Positions 11,722 to 26,129 are shown, counted from the first letter of the whole stretch. The stretch is 63,762 bases of DNA, filler included, from Octopus bimaculoides (GCF_001194135.2; 6 parts of 5 records of this genome joined end to end with filler, not necessarily neighbours in it), one strand, 5' to 3'. Made by a program: numbers and translations. Notes: generated from the letters alone by a model not told the origin.

Positions 11722-13768
11722 TGTGAATAGCAAACATGACTAACGTATAGGAACGAGCTCCGTGTGAAGTTGGATTAAATCTGTAGTCATCGGCAAACAG
11801 GATTTAAGAACCAGGAAAAATATGAAAGAAAATTGCTTCTTAATGTAAATCATTTCAGGACGCCGAAATCTTTCTCTCATATATGAAACATAGTTGCTGT
11901 CAAGTACTGTGTCATAGAAAGACGCGTGTGTGAAAATATAAATAACACGCGGAGATGCGATTGGCCTATACAAGATTTACAATATGCGAGAATGCGATGT
12001 CGCTACAGGGGAAAAACTGAGCATAAATAATAATCATATATGCAGTCTCATTTCTACACAAATACACATAAATGTAATGTTTATATAGTTCACATACGGA
12101 CTTGTTCATTTCGTACATGAACAAGAGAACGTAGAACACTGAGTGTTTAAACAAGTTAAACAAGACAAATAATATTAACAATAAATATAAGATGCAACAC
12201 GTCTCATTTTAAATAGAGAGAAACAACAGATATGCTCGGTAATAAAACTTGGGAAACAAACAAAGCTGAATTTTTATCTATGAGTTTGAGGCACGCGAGA
12301 TATGAAAACAATAAGAGCACACACCCAGAGACGGTGTTCTGTTAAAAAGTTAACTCTGAACAGGCAGACCCCTCTCCTAATGTCATTGCCCAACATACGA
12401 ATACTTACATATAAGCACTAATACGCACATATATATGTACGTATGCACACAACCGGTGTAATAGCCCGTCTATAGCATGGTGGTATTTTTTAGACCTAAA
12501 TGAAGCAAAAGCAGTAAAAGCTCCACCATTTGGCTTAAAGCGCCCATCCTAAACGTCGAAACAAGCAGTGAAGTAATTGCATAGGAATAATCGCCAACCA
12601 CTCCACCATCAACCGTAAATCCCGTAAGTTATTTAATATAAAGTATGAACATTCACTATACCTGCATAAAAGCGAAAGAAAAACAAAACGTTGTCCAAGC
12701 TATAACAACCAAATAGCAAGTAACCCTTACAACAACGTCTAAAAAACTGTAACTACAATAGATCAAAGCACTACCCCTTCAACAAAAATTGCCCCTCTAC
12801 CATCTCTCCAAAACATCAACATTGTAAGAAAGAAAAACCGATAAAGCCATATAAATACAAAATATACTTTTTCCGTAATAGATGCAGAAGGAACATAGTT
12901 TATATATTGAATTATATTTGAAAAGTACGAGAGAATAACATGAATGTAAACATAAATATAAATATAAACTGAGCAATATGAATATAGACAAAGCAGGCCA
13001 TTACTTCTAGGTTTTCGCTGCAGAAAAATATTACTGAAATTGCAAAACAAATATACTTGTTCAATGAAAGAAATGAGGCGATGTTATGCTGCAGATACAA
13101 GCACGAATTCATTTCTATGTATTGCTCAGCATAGCAAAAAGAGCAAAATCCGATGATGCAGCAACAACAGAAGTAACAGTGACGTCATGACAATGCCAAC
13201 GTCAACGAAAAAAGAAAAAGTAACTGACATATAAACGCCAGAAAAGACAACCTCGTTAGATAAAAAAATATAACATTTCATCAGAATATATTATAGCATC
13301 GTAAGGTACTTCAGATACATACATACATACGTACAAGCATACATACACACATACATGCATACATACACACAAATATATAATTCATAGTGATGTATACACA
13401 GCGACAGCTTTGACAAAACAGGATATGAATGGCGTAATTGAATGGCAGATAAGAATATACTCTACACCATGTAATACATTGAGTACGCTATGCTTCTTAG
13501 GAGGTAAATGATAACATTTAAATTGCTGTATGAATGCGTGTATATATATATATATATATATATANNNNNNNNNNNNNNNNNNNNNNNNNNNNNNNNNNNN
13601 NNNNNNNNNNNNNNNNNNNNNNNNNNNNNNNNNNNNNNNNNNNNNNNNNNNNNNNNNNNNNNNNNNNNNNNNNNNNNNNNNNNNNNNNNNNNNNNNNNNN
13701 NNNNNNNNNNNNNNNNNNNNNNNNNNNNNNNNNNNNNNNNNNNNNNNNNNNNNNNNNNNNNNNNNNNN

Positions 13769-13815
<47 letters not shown>

Positions 13816-14859
13816 CATATATATATATACATACATATATATATATACATACATATATCCATCATATATACGTATATACTATATTCGTATATATATACAT
13901 ATATATAAATATTACACACACACACATATATATATATATACACACACACACATATATATAGTATATATATATATATACATACGTACATACATACATACAT
14001 ACATATATATATATGTATACACACACACATATATTCTTGCAAACATTGAAGTGTAAATAATTGTTCATAACAAAGTGATATGTTGTTTTCTATCCGATAT
14101 TGTCTTCTCTTTCTCTCATCTGCACAACTTATGTTGTAAAATATAAAGCACAAGACACAAGTAAAAAGAAATGAAAAATAACCCCACAAAATATCGAAAA
14201 CTACAAATTTTATCCATCAGAACCACAAATAATAAACGGGGGAGAAAATACAACAAAAGCAGTCTGTTGGTTGCTTATTTACCGTAGCAGAAGATCTAAT
14301 TGAATACACATCTCCTATCCTCACCGAGATATTATGCTGGTTTATATACGCTGATTGTTTCGTTATTGAGGCGTAACTACTATTTATATACACTCATATT
14401 TGCTTGATTTATTGAGACAGAGCTGTAATCTATATTCATTCGTTTCTACTATTTCATGTACTATGTTGTTATTCATGGCTTAGGTATGGATATACGCTGT
14501 TACAATGGTTTATTTCTTAAAACTTCGTGAAGACTTGCTACGCTTAAGTATCATGGCTTTCGTAGCAGATTAAAACCAAACTTTCATTAGTCTGCCTGTT
14601 ATGGTTTTCATTAGCTATAATACCACATCATTTTGCTGATCTCTGTATCTTGGCGTTCGCTGTCTATGTATTGTTTTATTTTAATCTGGTCTCAACAAAA
14701 AAAAGAAAAGAAATGACTTTTGCTTGTCTTAGTTTTATGACTTTAGTTGCACTTCGTTCTACATCTTACACAGATCGTAGACACATTGATTTCTTTGTCT
14801 TAATATCATGAAATCTAAACTTAATATAAATGTTTATTTTGGCTTTATTATCATGACAG

Positions 14860-15260
14860 CCACAGACCTAAGAACCATGAGGTCTTAATGCAATGACTTA
14901 GAATTCTACTTAGAACCAGAGGCCTTAATACTATGACCTTAGGTGCACCTAATACTATGATTCAACTGGTCTTAGCGCAATAACTTTCAGTGGTCTTAGT
15001 ACCAAACTTTCAATAATTTTATGGCTTTCATTGGTCTTAATAACCATGATTTTACTCGTTTTAATCTCATAACTTTCCGTGGTCTCTGCACTATGACTTT
15101 CGCTGGTATTACTTCGATGTTTTATACCGGTCTAAATACATTAATACAGTAGGTTTTTGATGGTCTTAGTACTATGTCTTCTGCTGTTATTATTATGATG
15201 CCTTCCCTGAGACTGACAATCATGAATCGCTTGTCTAAAATTTATAACTTTCACTGCTCT
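14860..15260. repeat. Degenerate 24-bp tandem repeat
   Basis: Consensus about ggtcttagtactatgactttcact, recurring with 23-24 bp spacing. Confidence 0.7.
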
Positions 15261-15336
15261 TCATATGATGGACGCTAAAAATAGTGCTTCCAGAGAGAAA
15301 GTGAAGACAATCAGATGGAGAAATGTCAAACGTATC

Positions 15337-15408
<72 letters not shown>

Positions 15409-16654
15409 NNNNNNNNNNNNNNNNNNNNNNNNNNNNNNNNNNNNNNNNNNNNNNNNNNNNNNNNNNNNNNNNNNNNNNNNNNNNNNNNNNNNNNNNNNNN
15501 NNNNNNNNNNNNNNNNNNNNNNNNNNNNNNNNNNNNNNNNNNNNNNNNNNNNNNNNNNNNNNNNNNNNNNNNNNNNNNNNNNNNNNNNNNNNNNNNNNNN
15601 NNNNNNNNNNNNNNNNNNNNNNNNNNNNNNNNNNNNNNNNNNNNNNNNNNNNNNNNNNNNNNNNNNNNNNNNNNNNNNNNNNNNNNNNNNNNNNNNNNNN
15701 NNNNNNNNNNNNNNNNNNNNNNNNNNNNNNNNNNNNNNNNNNNNNNNNNNNNNNNNNNNNNNNNNNNNNNNNNNNNNNNNNNNNNNNNNNNNNNNNNNNN
15801 NNNNNNNNNNNNNNNNNNNNNNNNNNNNNNNNNNNNNNNNNNNNNNNNNNNNNNNNNNNNNNNNNNNNNNNNNNNNNNNNNNNNNNNNNNNNNNNNNNNN
15901 NNNNNNNNNNNNNNNNNNNNNNNNNNNNNNNNNNNNNNNNNNNNNNNNNNNNNNNNNNNNNNNNNNNNNNNNNNNNNNNNNNNNNNNNNNNNNNNNNNNN
16001 NNNNNNNNNNNNNNNNNNNNNNNNNNNNNNNNNNNNNNNNNNNNNNNNNNNNNNNNNNNNNNNNNNNNNNNNNNNNNNNNNNNNNNNNNNNNNNNNNNNN
16101 NNNNNNNNNNNNNNNNNNNNNNNNNNNNNNNNNNNNNNNNNNNNNNNNNNNNNNNNNNNNNNNNNNNNNNNNNNNNNNNNNNNNNNNNNNNNNNNNNNNN
16201 NNNNNNNNNNNNNNNNNNNNNNNNNNNNNNNNNNNNNNNNNNNNNNNNNNNNNNNNNNNNNNNNNNNNNNNNNNNNNNNNNNNNNNNNNNNNNNNNNNNN
16301 NNNNNNNATATATATGCAATCGTCACTAAACTCCTAAAATACACCTTGTGCTGTTAGAAGAGCGAAAATGTATACACATGAAACCAGACGTCTTGTCTGA
16401 GAGATTCTCGATTCGGTCATGGGGCGGTTTCTTCCCCTCTCAGCGTATATACATACATTTGCGCTCTTCCGACAGCACAAGATTTTATTCCTATTTCTAG
16501 TAGTGTAAGTGTCTCGGCACCCTAAGTCACATTTAGGGACGACTGAGTTTTTCCTTTATGGTGTTATATTGCGCCTAGCTGTTTAAATCATCATTAAACT
16601 GAAGAATTACCCAATACTATCTCAGTAGTGTACATACTCTTTTTTTAACTCTTC

Positions 16655-17042
16655 TTTTACTCTTTTTACTTGTTTCAGTCATTTGACTGCGGCCATGCTG
16701 GAGCACCGCCTTTAGTCGAGCAAATCGACCACAGGACTTATTCTTTGTAAGCCTAGTGCTTATTCTATCAATCTCTTTTTGCCGAACCGCTAAGTTACGG
16801 GACGTAAACACACCAGCATCGGTTGCCAAGCGATGGTTGTGGGAACAAACACAGACACACAAGCACACATATACATACATATATACAGCGGGCTTCTTTC
16901 AGTTTCCGTCTACCAAATCCACTCACAAGGCTTTGGTCGGCCCGAGGCTATAGTAGAAGACACTTGCCCAAGGTACCACGCAGTGGGATTGAACCCGGAA
17001 CCATGTGGTTGGTTAGCAAGCTACTTACCACACAGCCACGTT
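16655..17042 (-). mobile_element. SINE family B
   Basis: Reverse complement of 24015-24425. Confidence 0.9.
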
Positions 17043-18417
17043 TATTAAACTTTTTTAGAAGAGACGGGGTGGTGGTGGTGGCAGTGACTTCGAAGTTTCG
17101 GTATGCGTGTGTGGGTGACTGTGCGTGTGTATGTATGTACGTATGTGAATGTGTTTATGCATACGTGTATACGTTTAAACGTGTGATTGTTATCGGATCG
17201 AAACCGCATCGTATAATTTTGTTTAATGATCAACGGGACTTGTCACATTTTCATTTATATCTTACTGTTGCTGATGTTGTTGGAGTTGTTACATGAAAGA
17301 AAGTGCTGATAAGTAACGGACGAACAGTGTCAAACTACACGGGAATGAAGTTAAAATAACTTTGACTGAAGAACAAATATGACGATAGAAGAGGAATAGA
17401 GTAAAGTTACAAAGTTAAAAAGTAAAGAGATTTAATTGAAAAGAACAGAATATAAAGTCTTTCATTTTTCCATGGAGTATTGTCAGCTGGTGACTTCACG
17501 GATGATTTAAGGTACGATAGAATCAACAAAGTTATTATAACTGAACGTGAATACATTGCGGTAGTTTGTTCATTGTATTATGTTTTTTTTTTAATGTGTT
17601 GCTGTTCTTGTCTTTTGTTTTTGTTTTGGTTTAAACAATATAACCGGGAAGACACAAACGTGTAACAAATAAGAAAAGAAAAAAAAATGTAGGATAATAT
17701 AAGATAACATATACTTGAATGGATAAAACAAGAAACAAAAAGCCCTTAATTCACACACACAGACACACACACGCACATACATACACACGCACTTTTCCAC
17801 ACACATATATGTATATACTTACATATATATATACATATAAATATAAACCTATACATACATGTATATATNNNNNNNNNNNNNNNNNNNNNNNNNNNNNNNN
17901 NNNNNNNNNNNNNNNNNNNNNNNNNNNNNNNNNNNNNNNNNNNNNNNNNNNNNNNNNNNNNNNNNNNNTACATACATACATACATGCATACACACACACA
18001 CACATATACATATATAATTGACTTATAATTCTCCCTCTCAATCCGACTGCCTCTCTCTCTCTCTGCCACTCTCTCTCTCTGCCTCTCTCTGCCTCTCTCT
18101 CTCTCTCTGCCACTCTCTCTCTCTGCCTCTCTCTCCCTCCCTCTCTCTGCCTCTCTCTCTCCCTCTGTCTGCCTCCCTCTGCCTCTCCCTCTATTTTCTC
18201 CCGAGTTTGTTATTTATTGTTTGTATTTTAGCTTGTCTGATTTTTCCGTTAAGTTCACAAAGAGGCTTCTTTCTTTGTTATTTTCTTTTCCTTTGGTTCT
18301 TTTGACTTTCTGTCTTTGACAAGAAAATCAGATTGATACATACAGATAGTAGGATAATAAATGAGAGAGATAATGGCGGTGTCGGTGGAGAAAACGATCT
18401 ACAAGGTGGCAGAGATC

Positions 18418-18455
<38 letters not shown>

Positions 18456-18630
18456 TAGAGAGCGAGTGAGTGATTATATGTAGAGAGATGAGAGAGGGGT
18501 AAAAAATGATCCCAGGGACCATCAAGGAAGGTAAACGGAATATGAATACTTAGAAACGGAGAAATGTTATTTCAGAAAGCGAAAGGTAGAAAAAGAACGT
18601 CAGAGAAACACACAAACACACCAATATATC

Positions 18631-18662
<32 letters not shown>

Positions 18663-20525
18663 TGTATGTATGTATGTATACAAAGAGAGAGAGTGATAGA
18701 AAGAGACAGGGAGATAAGAGAGGGGGAACGAGAAGGAAAGAAAGGCGAAACAAAGAGATAGAGACTGAGAAAGTGTGTGTATGGTATATGGAACAGAATG
18801 AAACGATTGACAGAAGGTAATTAGAGAGAGAGAGAGAGAGGAAGGAGGAGATAAACAGACAAACAGACAGACAGACAGAGTTTGGAGAAGGACGTTTAGA
18901 GATAGTAAGAGATCGAATTATGGCAAGATTGGAAGATAAAAGCTGAAAGAAAGAAAGATAGAAAAAAAGAAAGTAACAAAGGCAGGAAGTAAGGAACCAA
19001 AGACAAAAACAACAAAAACACACACACATACACGAAAAAAAATCAAATGGCATTGAATAGAGAAGATAAAAAGCAAAGCAAGTCATAAAATGTAACAGTA
19101 ATACCAATAGCAACTTTCATCAAGTAACAACAATGATTGATAACGTCTTCTCAAAGGCTTCAGATCTCTGATGTCTGTAAGTTGGTTCTGATTCTGGTTT
19201 AAGAATTACTCTTGTATTTTATATGTCCTTCCCTCTTTGTTCTCGAAACATCGATAAAGATTGTTGTTGCTCAGTAAATTCGGTGGTGAAATGCTTGACT
19301 TTTGTGCTTTACCGGCTCTTACATTGTTAGTTCTTTCAGTTATTAGACTGCGGTCATACTGGAGCACCGCCTTGAAAAGGTGTTCAGTCGAACACACTGC
19401 CGCCACCTTCCAGTGATATTTTCTTTTTTAAATAAGTTTGGTACTTTATGCTACGGGTTTCTTTTGCTGAATCTCTATGTTACGGAATGTAAATAAACCA
19501 ACACAACACCGGTCGTCCAGCAGTGTTTGTCGGGAGAGAGACACAAACACACGTACACGCTCCCCTCTATCGATCTATCTATCTATTTATCTAATTATGT
19601 ATGTACATATTTATGTATTGTGACATGGTCTCAACTAGACATAAATACATACATACGTGCGTACGTATGTTTCCGTCTACCAAATCAACCCACAAGGCTT
19701 TAGTCAACCGATAGCTATAGTAGAAAACATCTACCCGAAGTACCGCGCAGTGGGACTGAACCCAGAACCATGTGTTTGAGAAGCAAGCTTCTTATTTCTT
19801 TACTACCCACAAGGGGCTAAACATGAGGGGACAAACAAGGACAGCCAAATGAATTAACGATTACATCAACCCCAGTGCGTAGCTGGTACTTAATTTATCG
19901 ACCCCCGAAAGGATGAAAGGCAAAGTCTACCTCGGCGGAATTTGAACTCAGAACGTAACGGCACACGAAATACTGCCAAGCATTTCGCCGGCGTGCTAAC
20001 GATTCTGACAGCTTGCCACCTTAAAGAAGTAAGTTTCTTTATTTCATAAATTTTGCCATAAAGGCATTACATAGAGGGGACAAACAAACAAAGAAGCTGC
20101 GGACTGGACACGGACATTAATGAATGAAATGAATATAAAAAGATGAGTAAAAAATGGGAAAGGCACCCGCGCCCGCCGACTGACGACCCCTCAAAAACCT
20201 TGTTCAATAAAAATCATCAACAAAATCAATTTAAATCAAGTTCTAAAGTCCTCCACATCCTGGCGCCCAAGCAAGATTCCTGCTTCCTGCAGGAAAGCCC
20301 GCAATGGCTGGCCCGGCTTTATGATGATGAAATCCGTCTTGTCACATATTCTTTCAACTTTGTTTCCTTCACTTACATATAAGACCTCCGCACACACCTG
20401 CGGAGGCCAATTTGGATCGTCTATAGCAGTCGAATCGTACCGTTGACAATCCAAACACGTGTCCAAATAAAGCTGAACGGGCCCTTCATTGAGGTAACAG
20501 AGGATAATCTCTGCTTCCTCGACAC

Positions 20526-20625
20526 NNNNNNNNNNNNNNNNNNNNNNNNNNNNNNNNNNNNNNNNNNNNTTAATTAATTAANNNNNNNNNNNNNNNNNNN
20601 NNNNNNNNNNNNNNNNNNNNNNNNN
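20526..20625. other. Artificial scaffold spacer N44-TTAATTAATTAA-N44
   Basis: The same 100-nt layout recurs around 32035, 43341, 56313 and 62229. The 12-mer has stop codons in all six frames. Confidence 0.95.
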
Positions 20626-20815
20626 AAAGCGTCACCTTTACCTTTGTAGCAGTTGACTATGATGCTGCTACACCAGTCATTGGGTATGACTCCTTCGTGT
20701 ATCACCTGGTTCGTAATACGGGTGACTAGGCTATAGCCAACACTGCCAGATATTTTGAGCATCTCTGCAGTGATTCCTGATGGGCCGGGGGCTTTCCCGG
20801 TCTTCATACTCTTAA
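20626..20815 (-). mobile_element. RTE-clade reverse transcriptase N-terminal fragment
   Basis: MKTGKAPGPSGITAEMLK...VIPNDWCSSIIVNCYKGKGDA. Confidence 0.9.
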
Positions 20816-20818
20816 TTG

Positions 20819-20859
<41 letters not shown>

Positions 20860-21340
20860 TTTTATTTCTTTATTCTTTTACTTGTTTCAGTATTTTGACT
20901 ATGGCCATGCTGGAACACCACATTAGGAAAATGGTGTGTATGGGATGGCACCAGTTGTTTCAAGGTTAAGAAGAGTCTAGCAGTAATATTCAAATTAAAA
21001 GAGTAACCACATGACTAAGCCCGGACACACATATATACATACATTCATACATACATGTATATATCGTTTGTAGAAAACATAAATCTGAAAGAAGAAGCAT
21101 ACTCTAAGATGTACAGCAGTATATATTAATATATATATATTATGTAGTCATGTAGTATATCCTTGGTTTATGGCTGGTTAGAAAGTTACCAGTAGTTTTA
21201 TATCTACTAATATAGAATATTCACCAGACCTGCTGGCTGGAGACACATAAATAAGCTCTGTACAAATGGAGATAAAAATAAAGTATCGTGGTGAAAAAAC
21301 ACTGAAACAATAAAAACAAAAAGGGGAGGAGCAGAGTTAC

Positions 21341-21451
21341 CTCTCTTAAAATGATTCCAGCTTTGTCTGAAATGGTTCAGTATGTGCATGTTTTTTTTCA
21401 AACTCCATACAAGCAAAGTTAAGAAACTGCATTGCTGCTTAAGCAATGTTC
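21341..21451 (-). CDS. Candidate exon, unknown gene
   Basis: Acceptor gttttactcag|, 111 nt, TLLKQQCSFLTLLVWSLKKNMHILNHFRQSWNHFKR(G), donor ag|gtaact. Phase 1 in and out. Confidence 0.28.
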
Positions 21452-21789
21452 CTGAGTAAAACTTTTAAATAATACTTATAGTTAATTTTTTTAAAAAAAC
21501 AATGAGTGTGTATGTGTTGAAGCAATGTTCCAAAGTAATTTTTTTTAGTTTTTAAATATAAATGAGTTAAACCAATGAGTTAAACCATTGAAAATTATTA
21601 AGTACTTAGTCTTTACTAAATAAATGAAGCATTGCTTTATTTGCACTTCATAATTCAGTGTATAGTTCCCATTTTCTTATAATAAGGAGAGGAATATTGC
21701 TGAAACTCAAATTTGAATGCTGCATGTATCGAAAGTGTTATGTTTCATAGGAATAAGATATGATTAATACACACACTGAAAAGTAAGAA

Positions 21790-22100
21790 AGGCCAGAAAG
21801 TATATGACAGAAAATGTTTCAATGGATGAACAGATTATTACTGTTAAATAGGAAGGTGAACAATGAATTGCAGTGATCCACAGAAATTGAGCCAGTAATG
21901 ACTTTTGTGAAACGAAATGGGATGAAATATCTGAGTCATTTGCTGATGAAAGATGAAGATCACTGAGTAAGATGGATGATGGAAACAAATGTGAAGGAAG
22001 TAAAGGAAATAGAAGGCTGAAAAAGATATGGCTGAAGATGAGAGAGAAGGAAATAAGAGCTGCAGAGTTCATGAGGTCAGAATATAGAGATTATGGCAAA
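21790..22100 (+). mobile_element. Old RTE LINE C-terminal fragment
   Basis: KYLSHLLMKDEDH*VRWMMETNV..., a degenerate form of the RW.GHV.R....W...V.G.R.RGRP..TW motif. Confidence 0.55.
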
Positions 22101-22733
22101 ATGAAAAGAAATATTCATATGCCCTGCAAAGCTTACCTCTGTGTAGCAGAGAAAATGGCCTTAAAACACTTTTTGTTGCTCTTTACAGTTTTACATTTTT
22201 AAATACAATTATATTAACACACCACACTAGTGTGCTGCAGTGCACTATTTAAGAATCAGTGATACAGAGTGTATTACGTAATTTTTCTCACATATTTACT
22301 ATTAGGAGCTGATTCTGGATATCTGCACACATTTATATAATGTAACAGGAGAGTATATGCATTCTGACTATATGGAAGCTGAAATATAGTTACCAGGATA
22401 TTGAATTGAAATCCTCATAAATTATATATATCAATAGCAACTAGAAGAATGATGGAAGTCCTAACTGCAATATATGTACGTATCATAGCATCTCCTCCAA
22501 CTGTTTCTTATAGTTTGGTGTTATAAGGACAAAGTATGTATGAAAATTAAGAGTTAGAAAGATATATGTGTTTGTATGTGCATGCATATACATACAAATT
22601 TTATTAGCAGATCAGCAGGTTGGTCAATAAATATGCAGACTGTCCAATATTCAGTGAATTTAGGGGATAATATGAATTTTACATGATGCGACAAAACATG
22701 TAAAATTAAGAAGAGTAAGTTTGAAATGGAGAG

Positions 22734-22806
<73 letters not shown>

Positions 22807-23218
22807 NNNNNNNNNNNNNNNNNNNNNNNNNNNNNNNNNNNNNNNNNNNNNNNNNNNNNNNNNNNNNNNNNNNNNNNNNNNNNNNNNNNNNNNNNNNNNN
22901 NNNNNNNNNNNNNNNNNNNNNNNNNNNNNNNNNNNNNNNNNNNNNNNNNNNNNNNNNNNNNNNNNNNNNNNNNNNNNNNNNNNNNNNNNNNNNNNNNNNN
23001 NNNNNNNNNNNNNNNNNNNNNNNNNNNNNNNNNNNNNNNNNNNNNNNNNNNNNNNNNNNNNNNNNNNNNNNNNNNNNNNNNNNNNNNNNNNNNNNNNNNN
23101 NNNNNNNNNNNNNNNNNNNNNNNNNNNNNNNNNNNNNNNNNNNNNNNNNNNNNNNNNNNNNNNNNNNNNNNNNNNNNNNNNTATATATATGTATGTACAC
23201 ATACACACACACACACTC

Positions 23219-23290
<72 letters not shown>

Positions 23291-23442
23291 ATGTATATAT
23301 TCAGTACATTTACCATGAGATATAAGCTACCATATGCTCTTGAGTTCAAACTTGCTATAGCCATTGCATTTTACTCCTAAATAAAAATCAAATTAGTGTA
23401 CATATTTAGTCTGCTCCACTGGATAATCAATGTCATTTATAC

Positions 23443-23586
23443 TTCGTGTTTTCTTGTTTTCTTCATGTAATCCTATAATTTCATCTTTGTTATTTTTGTT
23501 CATATTGTTATGAAGGAGGAAGGGTAGCACCCATGACACTTCCCATGGACTCCAAGACTTTTGGAAAAAAGAGAGGATGTGATCAT
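23443..23586 (-). CDS. Candidate exon, unknown gene
   Basis: Acceptor cattcttctaacag|, 144 nt open, DHILSFFQKSWSPWEVSWVLPFLLHNNMNKNNKDEIIGLHEENKKTR, donor a|gtataa. Non-repetitive sequence. Confidence 0.33.
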
Positions 23587-24014
23587 CTGTTAGAAGAATG
23601 GCCAAAATGCTTGTAGTAGAAGGAAATAAATGCACCCAAAGGTCAGATAGCAATGTAAAACTGGTTAGTGAATCAAAGAGTGATATATGTATATAAAAGT
23701 GCATTTAGTAACGTTAAAATATCCTAATTCATAAAACAATTAACTTATGCTACCAGTGAAAGTCGATACAAATTAGTGAAGAAACACATTTTCTGACAAT
23801 GAATTACTCATAGATTATGAAAATTTGTAGAGAATAGTAAACAAATACTTTACATGCATGATTAAGAAGTTCACTTCCCATCCACATGGTTTTGGGTTCA
23901 ATCCCACTGTATGTCACACCTTGGACAAGCGTCTTCTACTATAGTATCAGGACAAACAGCTAATTCTTTAAAGTCTTGTGTGTATATTTAGTAAACAAAA
24001 ATTGAAAGAAACTC

Positions 24015-24425
24015 ATAGGCACAGGAGTGGCTGCGTGATAAGTAGCTTGCTTACCAACCACATGGTTCTGGGTTCATTCCCACTGTGTGGCACCTTGGGC
24101 AAGTGTCTTCTACTATAGCCTCGGGCCGACCAAAGCCTTGTGAGTGGATTTGGTAGACGGAAACTGAAAGAAGCCCGTCGTATATATGTATATATATATA
24201 TGTGTGTATATGTTTGTGTCTGTGTTTGTCCCCCAACATCGCTTGACAACCGATGCTGGTGTGTTTACGTCTTCGTAACTTAGCGGTTCGGCAAAAGAGA
24301 TCGATAGAATAAGTACTGGGCTTCCAAAGAATAAGTGCTGGGGTCGATTTGCTCGACTAAAAGGCGGTGCTCCAGCATGGCCGCAGTCCAATGACTGAAA
24401 CAAGTAAAAGAGTAAAAGAGTAAGA
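24015..24425 (+). mobile_element. Composite SINE family B (about 420 bp, internal TA/TG microsatellite)
   Basis: Head ggcgcaggagtggctgtgtggtaag...gggttcagtccc, tail gactgaaacaagtaaaagag. Confidence 0.9.
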
Positions 24426-26129
24426 GTATTTATGCATGTGTGTGTGTGTATATGTGGAACACATCCATCATACAAAGGAACATATCCATCGTACAAATAG
24501 TATCTTTCATTTCTAATTTTCTGTGGAAACACGTCCAGCCATGTTGAAAAATTGGCTTCAAATTTTAAGACAAGGCCAGCAATTTTTGGGGAAAGAATAA
24601 GTTGATTACATCGGTCACAGTACTCAACAGGTACTTATTTTATTGTCCTTGAAAGGGATGAAAGGCAAAGCTGAGCTTCGCAGAATTTGAACTCAGAACG
24701 TAAAAATGGAAAAAATGCTGCTAAGCATTCTGTCCAGCGTGCTAAAGACTCTTCCAGTTCATTACCTTCAACCATGTTGAAACATCAACTAGTAAACACA
24801 TTAATGTTGGTGACAGGAAGATCATGAAGCCATAGAAAGTTTCCCGTCAATGAATTTCATCTTGACTATGCAGACATGAATAGATAGGCATTAAAATTAT
24901 GATGATGGTGGTGGTGGTGTTGGTGGCAGCGGCAGCGGCGGCGGTGGCAGCGGCGGTGGCAGCGGCGGTGGCAGCGGCGGCGGTGGTGGTGGCAGTGGTG
25001 GTGGTGGTTTTCAGCCCAAATCTTGCTAAAATCAATTTTGCCTTTCATCTTCCTAGGGTCAATGAACTTATAACCAGTAATATACCGAAATCAACTCCAT
25101 CAACAGTAAAATTTCTGGCTATGCGTCAATGCTAGAAACCAATAATTTACAAAATATAATAATACCTATTGCCTTGGGAATAACATTTCTAATTTTGAGA
25201 TTCCTTTAATCAAATTCCTTGTCTTAGCAATAAATTTTCCTGTTGTACATTCCAGTATAATTATAAAATTATGCATTATAACTCATCATTCTGTACATTA
25301 TATCATGGAAGTCATTACTATCCTTAAGACATAAATACATAGATTAGATAATGAATTTAGTAAATACATAATGATTAAGTTTCTTCATTATTTCATTTCA
25401 TTCCAAAAGTAGATAGACACTTAACTCACTCAAAAAGGAAATGATAATAATCAAGTTTAGCTTGTAATAATAAAATCATAATAATAATAATAAAAATGAT
25501 AATGAAAATGATAATGGTGGTGGCGGTGGTGGATATCAGAAATTGAAATAGAGCATTTAATAGAAAAAATTACAACATGAAAAAACAAATAGTGCCCAAA
25601 GAACAATATTTAATAATAACATAAGCACTAGGATAGTAAAACGTACAGACAGGCATAGCAAGTGCAACAAAAATTAAGTAATGAAACACAACAAAGCCAA
25701 GCCTTAGGACTGCATAAGGATGACTAAAATACACCAAACCAGAACAACACAAACGAAAATAAACAATGGAAGAAACATGTAGCAAACCTAAAAAACAGGA
25801 AACAATGAATTCAGAAACCATGATTATGATATTTTAAAAATGAGCATTATCAAGGAATTATAAAAGTGATAGAAGAACTCAGTATTGATTACTGACTGTA
25901 CTACCTGAAAATTCTTTTCTACTCTAGGCACATGGCCCTAAATTTTGGAGTAGGGTCCAGTCGATTAGACTGACTCCAGTACACAACTTAATTAAGTAAA
26001 AACTTAATTTATCAACCCTGAAAGGCAAAGTCAACCTCAGCAGAATTTGAACTCAGAACGTAAAGACAGATGAAATATTGCTAAGCATTTTGTCTGGCAT
26101 GCTAAAAGTTTCTGCCAGCTCGCTACTTA

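Noticed and set aside
19130-19330. Possible Gypsy RT N-terminal trace (RVILKPESEPTYR)
   Set aside because: Too short and degenerate, with no LTRs or other domains.
20570-20581. Recurring palindromic TTAATTAATTAA (5 times)
   Set aside because: It always sits between 44-N blocks and is a six-frame-stop scaffolding linker, not biology.
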